A stretch of 64,000 nt of DNA from Acidimicrobiia bacterium (lineage in GTDB: Bacteria > Actinomycetota > Acidimicrobiia > Acidimicrobiales > Aldehydirespiratoraceae): assembly GCA_022821685.1 (NCBI GenBank), contig JAJEDD010000027.1:1403-65402 (forward strand). The letters run 5' to 3'. Of this stretch, positions 26,742 through 34,635 are shown piece after piece. A program made the translations under genes and the position numbers. Under the pieces are notes generated by a model, which was given only the letters and a program-made list of their open reading frames with translations, ran no database searches and had not been told where the DNA came from. Each line of letters opens with the position of its first letter. The stretch's first letter is position 1.

Positions 26742-27509
26742 GTGTCCCGCAACCGCCTGAGGACCGTGGCCAGCGCCGCCACAGTGCTCAAGACATTCAC
26801 GGCGTCCCGGCCGGACTGGGGTGTGTCCGATCTAGCGGCGCATCTCGGCAAGTCCACGTCGTCGGTGCATCGCATCCTCAGCACCCTCGCCGACGAGAAG
26901 TTGCTCGAGCAGGATCCCGAAACGGGGCGCTACAAGCTGGGGCTGGCGCTCTTCGACCTCGCGGCGGCGGTGCCGTCGCAACGCACACTGCAAGAGGCGG
27001 TGCTGCTGCCGATGACCGACCTGCGCAACACAACCCGCGAGACCGTCCAAGTCGGCGTGCTCGACGGTCGCCACGTGGTGTATGTCGAGCGGTTGGACAG
27101 CCCCCACAGCCTCCGGTTCTTCAGTGAGTTCGGCCGCCGCGCCGACGCCCATTGCACTTCGACGGGCAAGGCGCTGCTGGCGTACACGCCGACCTCGCGC
27201 CTCGACCGGCTGCTCAAGGGCTGGGATCTGCCCCAGCGCACCGAGCACACGATCATCGCTCACAGTGCCTTGCGAGCTGAACTGAAACGCGTGCGTCGGA
27301 GGGGATTCGCAACCAACCGGCACGAGTCGGCAGTCGGGGTGGTCTCCATCGCCGCCCCGATCCGGGACCAGAGGCGGACGACCGTGGCCGCCATCAGCGT
27401 GGCCGGTCCAGCCGAGCGGTTCGACGAGCACCAAGACTCGATCGCCCAGGCGGTGACCCACGCCGCCCTCGCAGCCTCGCGCCGCCTCGGATTCACCGTC
27501 GCCGCGTGA
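26742..27509 (+). CDS. IclR-family transcriptional regulator
   Basis: wHTH region DLAAHLGKSTSSVHRILSTLADEKLLEQD followed by an IclR-type effector domain. Divergent from the dioxygenase operon. Confidence 0.9.
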   Translation: MSRNRLRTVASAATVLKTFTASRPDWGVSDLAAHLGKSTSSVHRILSTLADEKLLEQDPETGRYKLGLALFDLAAAVPSQRTLQEAVLLPMTDLRNTTRETVQVGVLDGRHVVYVERLDSPHSLRFFSEFGRRADAHCTSTGKALLAYTPTSRLDRLLKGWDLPQRTEHTIIAHSALRAELKRVRRRGFATNRHESAVGVVSIAAPIRDQRRTTVAAISVAGPAERFDEHQDSIAQAVTHAALAASRRLGFTVAA

Positions 27510-27584
27510 TGAGTTGTTCCCGCACTGCGGGACGCGGGGTGCCGGCGAGGCACGGATCGGCAATAGTGTGCACGCGACGAACCG

Positions 27585-28244
27585 ATGACCAACCGCAGCT
27601 ACGACATCCTCCTGCTCGACTTCGGCGGCGTGTGCCTCCTCAATCCCGTGGAGCTGCACCACGTCACCGAGGACCAGCTCGGGCTCCCGCCGGGGACGCT
27701 GAGGTGGATGGGGCCGGTTGACCCCGCCACCGATCCAGACTGGCAGGCCATGGCCGCTGGCAACGGCGTGACAGAACGCGAGTACTGGGAGAGGCGCGCC
27801 GCCGAGATCGGGGAGTTGGCGGGAGTCGAATTGACGCTGACGGCCTATATGCGGCTGATGTTCGACCCGCCGCGCTCCGAGCTCATTCGCCCCGAAGCAT
27901 TAGCCGTCGCCAGCCGAGCCAAGGCCGCCGGCCTCGGAGTCTCGGTCCTGTCGAACGACCTGCGCACATTCCATGGCCGTGTGTGGGAGCACGGCGTGGA
28001 GTTTCTCCAAGGCGTCGACCACATCATCGACTGCTCCGACACGAACATCTTCAAGCCCGATCCGAGGGCCTACGAGCGGGCCATCGAGATCGTGGCGACC
28101 TCGCCTGAACGAGTGCTGTTCATTGACGACCAGCAGCAGAACGTCGCCGGCGCCATCGGGGCCGGGCTCGCCGGCCGGTGGTTCGATATCGCGAACGCGA
28201 AGCAGGCCTGGCACGAAGTCGCGGCCACCCTCGGACTCGAATGA
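27585..28244 (+). CDS. HAD-superfamily hydrolase-like protein with atypical motif I
   Basis: YDILLLDFGGV (D-x-G instead of D-x-D), VLSND, K-P-D and FIDDQQQNV. Confidence 0.7.
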   Translation: MTNRSYDILLLDFGGVCLLNPVELHHVTEDQLGLPPGTLRWMGPVDPATDPDWQAMAAGNGVTEREYWERRAAEIGELAGVELTLTAYMRLMFDPPRSELIRPEALAVASRAKAAGLGVSVLSNDLRTFHGRVWEHGVEFLQGVDHIIDCSDTNIFKPDPRAYERAIEIVATSPERVLFIDDQQQNVAGAIGAGLAGRWFDIANAKQAWHEVAATLGLE

Positions 28245-28308
28245 GCCGCCCAGCCCCCATGCCGCCAGCAAGAACACGCGCGGAGAGCGACACCATGACC
28301 CCAGCACC

Positions 28309-29100
28309 ATGATCGACAACGACACGGTTGACGCAATCGCCCACGAACTGCGCCGGGCCGAACTCGACCGCGGCTGGTGCGCGCTTCCGTCGGAGAGGAT
28401 CAGCGGCCTGACGTGGGCTGATGCCCGAGCGATCGCTCGACGGCGAGACGCCCTGCGCCTCGATGACGGCGACACGCTCATCGGGTACAAGCTCGGGTGG
28501 ACGTCGCAAGCGATGCGCGAGGCCCTCAACATCGACCGCCCGAACTGGGGAACCCTCTGGCGCTCACAGGTGCTCGACGGCCAGCTCGACCTCGGCGAGC
28601 TGCGTCACCCGAAGGCGGAGCCCGAGATCGTCTTCATTGCCGCGGAGCCGATCGACAGTCCCTCAGTCACCGCCGACGACATCGGCTCGCTGGCCGAGGG
28701 CTGGGCACTGGGCATCGAGGTGGTGGATCCGCGGTGGGCGTCGTACGACTTCACCTGGCTCGACAACACCGCAGACAACTCGTCGGCGGGCAGAGTCGTC
28801 GTCGCCGGCGCGGCGGTCGACGGCCCGGCCGACCAGCAAGATCTTGTGGACGCGGCCATCGAGTTCTCCGACGGGACCACCACGAGACGCGGCCGCGGGA
28901 GCGCCGCCATGGGTTCGCCCGCGGCGGCGGTGGCCTGGCTCGCTCAGTCGCTCGCGCAGGAGGGCGAGCGCATCGAGAAGGGCCAGTGGGTGTTCACGGG
29001 CGGATTGACGGCCCCGTTCGATGTCGCGGCCGGAGGCCTCTACACGGCCCGATCCCCAAGACTGGGCAAGGCTCAGCTGTCGGTGCGCGGCAGTACGTGA
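28309..29100 (+). CDS. 2-keto-4-pentenoate hydratase / 4-OD family enzyme (third paralogue)
   Basis: ORF 27973..29100 trimmed to ATG 28309. It contains ...GYKLGWTSQAMREALNIDRPNWGTLW..., ...EPEIVFIA... and ...LDNTADNSSAG... Confidence 0.8.
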   Translation: MIDNDTVDAIAHELRRAELDRGWCALPSERISGLTWADARAIARRRDALRLDDGDTLIGYKLGWTSQAMREALNIDRPNWGTLWRSQVLDGQLDLGELRHPKAEPEIVFIAAEPIDSPSVTADDIGSLAEGWALGIEVVDPRWASYDFTWLDNTADNSSAGRVVVAGAAVDGPADQQDLVDAAIEFSDGTTTRRGRGSAAMGSPAAAVAWLAQSLAQEGERIEKGQWVFTGGLTAPFDVAAGGLYTARSPRLGKAQLSVRGST

Positions 29101-29112
29101 CCTGCCTTGCCC

Positions 29113-29583
29113 TCAGGGCCCGATGACTCGCTTCTCGATCTCGCTCCAGCAGGCCGCGGCGCGGTCGGCATCGAACAGCAGCGCCTCCATGCCGGCCGCA
29201 CGAGCCCCGGCGACGTTCTCGGGCTCGTCATCGACGAAGAAGACCTGATCGGCTGAGCTGTCGGTCACCATGAGTGCCCGTTGGTAGGCACGGCGGTCCG
29301 GCTTGAGCACACCGTTGTCGGAGCAGGCGATGATGTGGTCGACCTCGGCTAGGAGCGGCACTGATGTCGCCCAGGACCGGTCGATCTCGTTGCTGAGGAT
29401 CGCGACGCAGATCCCGGCCGCCCGGGCCCGGGCCACAACCGGGCGGCACTCGGGTCGTGTGGTGTCGTGCTCGGCAACCAGAGGCGAACAGCCACCGGTG
29501 TCCTGCCCGGCCACGACCTCTTGGGGGCTCAGGGTGCACACGCCGCCGTAGTCCAACAGGAGCACGCCGATGTCGCGCATCAT
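29113..29583 (-). CDS. short HAD-like protein with atypical motif I
   Basis: GVLLLDYGGV, ILSNE, LKPD and FVDDEPENV. Its start has a 4-nt overlap with the upstream ATPase gene. Confidence 0.6.
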   Translation of the reverse strand: MMRDIGVLLLDYGGVCTLSPQEVVAGQDTGGCSPLVAEHDTTRPECRPVVARARAAGICVAILSNEIDRSWATSVPLLAEVDHIIACSDNGVLKPDRRAYQRALMVTDSSADQVFFVDDEPENVAGARAAGMEALLFDADRAAACWSEIEKRVIGP

Positions 29584-30923
29584 TGCTGCCAGAGAGTCGC
29601 GACGGGTGCGGACCAGATGGTGCCGCCGCCGGTGTCGCTAGAGGCTGGCGAGAGGATCGTCGGTCGTCTGGGGCCGGTGTGGAGCACTACGCCACCGGCG
29701 AAGCGGTCCCCAAGCTGGTCGCGAAGCCATAGCAGGTGCCGGGCCTCGTTCAGCCCGGCGCGGTCGCCAGCCTTGACCTCTACACCGACCACGCCCTGCA
29801 GGCCGCCGTCGAGCACGAAGTCCACCTCCTGACCGCCGTCGCGGCGGAAGTGGCGCAGCCGATAGCCCGCCACCGTGGGATCGTGCTCGGACCGGAGCTG
29901 CGCGGCCACGAACGTCTCCATCAACCGGCCTCGCAGGTCGCCGCTGCGACCGATCGCCCAAGCGTCGGCGTCCCACATCGCGGCGGCGAGTCCGGCGTCC
30001 ACCAGCAGTCGCTTGGGAGACTTCTGCACCCGGCTGACCCCGCCGGGAATGAAAGCCGGAGCCTCGCAGGCCAGGAAGGTTCGCTCCAGCAAAGCCAGAT
30101 ACTCGCGGCCAGTGGCCCGAGTGATGCCGCTCTGCGCGCAGAGCCGCGTCAATGGCATGACCCGGCCACTGTGGGACGCATAGACGCGAGCGAACTCGAG
30201 CAGCTTGACCCGGTCCTGGCGCCCGAGCAGAGAGTCGACGTTGAGGGTCTGATCGACGCGGGCTCGAAGCGCGGCCGCTCGCAGCGGCTTGGACGACATG
30301 GCCATGGGCCTCGGGTAACCGCTCACGAGGGCCATCTCGATGTAGTCGTTGGTGTTGAACGTCGACGCGGCGTCGCCGAGATCACCGGCCGCGAGCCTGT
30401 CGAACAGCGGGGCAGCGACCGTCTGTTGCTTCTCCGCCTCCGTCAGCGGGAACATGTCGAGCGGCACGACCCGCCCGGTGCTCGGCAGTTGGCTGGCCTG
30501 CGTCGAGCGGAACGAGCCGGTGATTATGAACAGCCCGTTCTCGGCGGGTGCCCGGTCGACGATGCGTTTGACCGTCCACAGCACCTCAGGCGCCTGCTGC
30601 CACTCGTCAATCAATATCGGGGTCTCGCTCGCCTCGAACGCAGCCTGGGCGTCACGCTGGAGCAGCTCCGCGTCGTTGGGGTCGTCGAGGTAGAAGCAAG
30701 TGCCGGCATGACGCTCGGCCGTGGTCGTCTTGCCGCAGCCTCTGGGGCCGCGCAGCTCGACCGCAGGCACGGCGGCCAGCATGTCGCTGAGCCGCCGGTC
30801 GACAAGCCGCGGGATGTAGGCCCCGGACGGCGATGCTTCAAGCCGCTCGCCGAGAGTACGGCTCGGCGCAGCCCGGTCACCGCTCGCCCGAGCGGAACCC
30901 TCAAGGTCGTGCCCGCTCTTCAC
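29580..30923 (-). CDS. AAA-ATPase (AAA_14-type) with DUF4143 and a C-terminal PD-(D/E)xK-like module, paralogue 1
   Basis: Walker A GPRGCGKTT, Walker B ILIDEWQ, and the C-terminal EVDFVLDGG...VGVEVKAG. GTG start at 30923. Confidence 0.8.
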   Translation of the reverse strand: MKSGHDLEGSARASGDRAAPSRTLGERLEASPSGAYIPRLVDRRLSDMLAAVPAVELRGPRGCGKTTTAERHAGTCFYLDDPNDAELLQRDAQAAFEASETPILIDEWQQAPEVLWTVKRIVDRAPAENGLFIITGSFRSTQASQLPSTGRVVPLDMFPLTEAEKQQTVAAPLFDRLAAGDLGDAASTFNTNDYIEMALVSGYPRPMAMSSKPLRAAALRARVDQTLNVDSLLGRQDRVKLLEFARVYASHSGRVMPLTRLCAQSGITRATGREYLALLERTFLACEAPAFIPGGVSRVQKSPKRLLVDAGLAAAMWDADAWAIGRSGDLRGRLMETFVAAQLRSEHDPTVAGYRLRHFRRDGGQEVDFVLDGGLQGVVGVEVKAGDRAGLNEARHLLWLRDQLGDRFAGGVVLHTGPRRPTILSPASSDTGGGTIWSAPVATLWQQ

Positions 30924-30932
30924 GCAGTCAGA

Positions 30933-31024
30933 CTATCCAGTTTTCGGATGGGTGTCTGCGCGGTTTACGGGCACATTCTTGCGCGATTTCCGGGTGACTT
31001 CCTATCCGGTTTCTCGGATGGCCT
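30933..31024. repeat. 4-unit ~23-bp tandem array abutting the paralogue-1 start codon
   Basis: The units are ctatccagttttcggatgggtgt, ctgcgcggtttacgggcacatt, cttgcgcgatttccgggtgactt and cctatccggtttctcggatggcct. Units 1 and 4 are alike and palindromic (ATCCG..CGGAT); units 2 and 3 are alike. Confidence 0.75.
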
Positions 31025-31056
31025 CTACTCGACAACTAACTGTGGCCGGGGGCTCG

Positions 31057-32088
31057 TCAGCCTTGGCCGCCTGAGGCTTCCTTCACTGAGGCTTTGCCGG
31101 CTGATATCCACGGCATCATGGCTCTCAGCTCCTGGCCCACTGCCTCGATGGGGTGATCGTGGCCGGCGGCCTCCAGGCGCAGGAAGTTGGACCGGCCGCC
31201 CCGGCTCTCGGCCACCCACTCCTTGGCGAACGAGCCGTCCTGCACCTCAGTCAGGATCTGGCGCATCTCGGCTCGCACCGCGTCGTTCACGATGCGCGGC
31301 CCCCGGGTGAGGTCGCCGTACTCGGCGGTGTCCGACACCGAGTAGCGCATCCCGGAGATGCCCTCCTCGTACATGAGGTCCACGATCAGCTTCAGCTCGT
31401 GGAGGCACTCGAAGTAGCAGATCTCGGGCTGGTAGCCGGCATCGACCAGCGTCTCGAAGGCGGCTTGCACCAGCGCGGTGGTGCCCCCGCACAGCACGGA
31501 CTGCTCGCCGAACAGGTCGGTCTCGGTCTCCTCGGTGAAGGTGGTCTCGATCACTCCGGCCCGGGCCCCGCCGATGGCGTCGGCGTAGGCGAGGGCCAGC
31601 GGCAGCGCCGAGCCCGACGCGTCCTGCTCGATGGCCACCAGGCACGGCACCCCGCCACCCTCGACGTAGGTGCGCCGCACCAAATGTCCTGGCCCCTTGG
31701 GGGCCACCATGCACACGTCCACCGAGTCGGGCGGCTCGATCAGCCCGTAGCGGATGTTGAAGCCGTGGGCGAAGAAGATCGCCTCGCCCGGCTGCAGGTT
31801 CGGGGCGACGTGCTCTGTGTAGATGGCCCCCATCTCGGTGTCGGGCATGAGCATCATCACCAGATCGGCCTCGGCGGTCGCTTCGGCGATAGACCGGACC
31901 TCGAGCCCGGCCTCCTGCGCCTTCGCGGCCGACGACGAGCCGTCGCGCAGGCCGACGCGCACGTCGATCCCCGACTCCTTGAGGTTGAGCGCGTGGGAAT
32001 GGCCCTGCGAGCCGTAGCCCAGCACCGCCACCCTCCGGCCGGCGATGGCCGACCGGTCGACGTCGGATTCGTAATAGATGTTGACCAC
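31057..32088 (-). CDS. ilvC: ketol-acid reductoisomerase
   Basis: [21 protein letters not shown], ...FAHGFNI... and ...[11 protein letters not shown]... Confidence 0.97.
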   Translation of the reverse strand: MVNIYYESDVDRSAIAGRRVAVLGYGSQGHSHALNLKESGIDVRVGLRDGSSSAAKAQEAGLEVRSIAEATAEADLVMMLMPDTEMGAIYTEHVAPNLQPGEAIFFAHGFNIRYGLIEPPDSVDVCMVAPKGPGHLVRRTYVEGGGVPCLVAIEQDASGSALPLALAYADAIGGARAGVIETTFTEETETDLFGEQSVLCGGTTALVQAAFETLVDAGYQPEICYFECLHELKLIVDLMYEEGISGMRYSVSDTAEYGDLTRGPRIVNDAVRAEMRQILTEVQDGSFAKEWVAESRGGRSNFLRLEAAGHDHPIEAVGQELRAMMPWISAGKASVKEASGGQG

Positions 32089-32148
32089 GAGAACCTCTCC
32101 TATGTCGGGTTGCGAATGGGATCGTAGGACAGGCCCGGCGTGAACCCC

Positions 32149-32661
32149 TCAGAGGCCCAGCAGGCGCAGGGCCACCCGGCCGGTGCGCTGGAGCTGCACG
32201 ATCCCGAAGGCTCGCAGACGCTCCTCGAACTCGTCGAGCCTGTTGGGTCGGGCCGCCAGCGACAGCATCATCTGCGACTGGTCGGCGTCGAGCACGTAGG
32301 CCCGGAAGTCGTCGATCAGCTCCAGCAGCTCGTGGCGGCGCTCGCCGGAGTCCACCGCCACCGTCACCAGCATCAGCTCGCGCTCCACCGACTCTGTGGG
32401 GCTCAGCTCGCTGATCTCCACCACGTTGATGAGCTTGTCGAGCTGCTTCACCACCTGATCCAGCGGCGCCGAGGCCACGTCCACAGTGAAGGTGATGCGG
32501 CTGAAGCGCTCATCGGCGGTGGGGGCCACGGCCAGCGACTCGATGTTGAAGCCGCGCCGGGCGAACAGCCCCGCCACCCGGGCCAGAACGCCCGGCTTGT
32601 TCTCCACCGTGGTGACGATGGTGTGGAACTGGACGGCATCGGACACGGCGGGAGAACTCAT
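32149..32661 (-). CDS. ilvN: acetolactate synthase small (regulatory) subunit
   Basis: 170 aa. The ACT-domain start is HTIVTTVENKPGVLARVAGLFARRGFNIESL. Confidence 0.95.
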   Translation of the reverse strand: MSSPAVSDAVQFHTIVTTVENKPGVLARVAGLFARRGFNIESLAVAPTADERFSRITFTVDVASAPLDQVVKQLDKLINVVEISELSPTESVERELMLVTVAVDSGERRHELLELIDDFRAYVLDADQSQMMLSLAARPNRLDEFEERLRAFGIVQLQRTGRVALRLLGL

Positions 32662-32692
32662 AGTTGAGAGGGGTCGGACACGGCGAGAAAAC

Positions 32693-34426
32693 TCATCGCT
32701 GCGACGGGTCTACGACGATGTCGGAGTTGGACTGGCCCGCGGGGACCATCGGATAGACGTTCTCCTCCGCGGCGCTGCGGAACTCCAGCACCACGGGACG
32801 GTCGTCGATCTCGTTGGCCTTGGCGATGGCCGGGGCCACCTCCTCGGGGGCCTCCACCCGCATGGCGACGCAGCCCATGGCCTCGGCCCACTTCACGTAG
32901 TCGGGGACCTCGTGGGAGAGGTACACCTCGCTGTAGCGCTCTTCGTAGAACATCTCCTGCCACTGGCGCACCATGCCCAGGTAGGCGTTGTTGAACAGCG
33001 CGACCTTGATGGGGATGCGCTCGGTCGAGGCGGTGACCAGCTCCTGGGCGGTCATCTGGAAGCAGCCGTCGCCATCGACGGCCCACACCATCCGGTCGGG
33101 CATCCCGACCTTGGCCCCGATGGCGGCCGGCACCGAGAAGCCCATGGTTCCCAGCCCGCCGGAGTTGATCCAGGTGTAGGGATGGTCGAAGCGCCAGTAT
33201 TGGCTGGCCCACATCTGGTGCTGGCCCACCCCCGAGGTGACGATGGTGTCTTCGGGGGTCGAGTCGCGCAGCACCTCCAGCACGTACTGGGGCTTGAGCA
33301 GCTCGCCCGGCTCGGACTGCTCATAGACGAGCGGGTAGCGCTCCTGCCAGCCGCTGATCTGCGAGCGCCACTGTTGGCGATCGGCCTGGGTGCCGCGGCC
33401 CCCGCAGGCTCGCACCGCCTCGACCAGGTCGCCGATCACCAGCTTGCAGTCGCCCCGGATGGCCACGTCGGGGGTGCGGACCTTGCCCAGCTCGGCCGCG
33501 TCGATGTCGACGTGGATCACCTTGGCGTCGGGGGCGAAGCCGTCGAGGCGCCCGGTCACCCGGTCGTCGAATCGGGCGCCCAGCGCGATCAGCAGGTCCG
33601 AGCTCTGCATGGCGGTGACCGCGGTGTAGTTGCCGTGCATGCCGGGCATGCCCAGGCAGAGCTCGTGGCTGTCGGGGAAGCAGCCCCGGGCCATGAGCGT
33701 GGTGACCACCGGAACGTCGATCAGCTCGGCCAGAGCGATCAGCTCGGCCGCGGCCCGGGCCTTGAGGATCCCGCCCCCGGCGTAGATCACGGGACGCTCG
33801 GCGGCGCAGATCAGCTCGGCCGCGGCCTGCACCAGCTCGGGATCGCCGACGGTGGCGGGGCGGTAGCCGGGCAGCTCCATGAGGTCGTCGGTGGGCTCGT
33901 ACCAGGTCATGGCCGAGCGCGGGTTGCGGGGGTCGACGATGTCTTTGGGGATGTCGACCAGTACCGGGCCGGGACGGCCGGTGGTGGCGATGTGGAAGGC
34001 CTCGTGGACGATGCGGGGGATGTCCTGGGCCTCGGTCACCAGGAAGTTGTGCTTGGTGACCGACAGGGTTATGCCGGTGGTGTCGCACTCCTGGAAGGCG
34101 TCGGTGCCGATGGCGGCGTAGGGCACCTGGCCGGTGATGCACACCACCGGAACCGAGTCCATGTAGGCGTCGCACAGCGCGGTCACGGCGTTGGTGGCCC
34201 CGGGGCCGGAGGTGATCATCATCACGCCGGGGCGCCCGGTGGCGTGAGCGTAGCCCTCGGCCATGTGGCCCGCGCCCTGCTCGTGGCGCACCAGGATGTG
34301 GCGGATCGGCGACTCGATGATCGGGTCGTACACGGGCAGGATGGCCCCGCCAGGCAGCCCGAACACCACGTCGGCGCCCTCGCATTCGAGGGTCTTGACT
34401 AGGGCCTGTCCGCCGTTCATGTCCAT
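32693..34426 (-). CDS. ilvB: acetolactate synthase large subunit
   Basis: Trimmed to ATG 34426, with ggagg upstream. It contains GGQALVKTLECEGADVVFGLPGGAILPVYD and the ThDP motif GLGTMGFSVPAAIGAK...DGDGCFQM. Confidence 0.97.
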   Translation of the reverse strand: MDMNGGQALVKTLECEGADVVFGLPGGAILPVYDPIIESPIRHILVRHEQGAGHMAEGYAHATGRPGVMMITSGPGATNAVTALCDAYMDSVPVVCITGQVPYAAIGTDAFQECDTTGITLSVTKHNFLVTEAQDIPRIVHEAFHIATTGRPGPVLVDIPKDIVDPRNPRSAMTWYEPTDDLMELPGYRPATVGDPELVQAAAELICAAERPVIYAGGGILKARAAAELIALAELIDVPVVTTLMARGCFPDSHELCLGMPGMHGNYTAVTAMQSSDLLIALGARFDDRVTGRLDGFAPDAKVIHVDIDAAELGKVRTPDVAIRGDCKLVIGDLVEAVRACGGRGTQADRQQWRSQISGWQERYPLVYEQSEPGELLKPQYVLEVLRDSTPEDTIVTSGVGQHQMWASQYWRFDHPYTWINSGGLGTMGFSVPAAIGAKVGMPDRMVWAVDGDGCFQMTAQELVTASTERIPIKVALFNNAYLGMVRQWQEMFYEERYSEVYLSHEVPDYVKWAEAMGCVAMRVEAPEEVAPAIAKANEIDDRPVVLEFRSAAEENVYPMVPAGQSNSDIVVDPSQR

Positions 34427-34472
34427 GGTGGCCTCCGGGGCGGTGGATGGTGGTGGGGGCCGCACGCGAAAC

Positions 34473-34491
34473 GACCTCCCTGGGGGAGGTC
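34473..34491 (-). terminator. putative attenuator hairpin in the ilvB leader
   Basis: On the transcribed strand GACCUCCC-CCA-GGGAGGUC (perfect 8-bp stem) is followed by GUUUCG, ~46 nt upstream of the ilvB ATG. Confidence 0.4.
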
Positions 34492-34526
34492 TGCGCACGA
34501 TCGGTTGGGGCGGCGAGCGCGCGCTG

Positions 34527-34550
34527 TCAGGCCAGTACTTCCACGAGCAT
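34527..34550 (-). CDS. candidate ilvB leader peptide MLVEVLA
   Basis: ATG CTC GTG GAA GTA CTG GCC TGA is enclosed by the 8-bp inverted repeat cgctgtca/tgacagcg (34522-34557). Four of seven codons are Val/Leu. Confidence 0.3.
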   Translation of the reverse strand: MLVEVLA

Positions 34551-34635
34551 GACAGCGTCGTTCACGGCGCCAAGTATGGCCGCGGATTCGCTGGGAGGCA
34601 ACCAAGAGGCCGAGCGCGCCCCATAGCCTCGCGCA

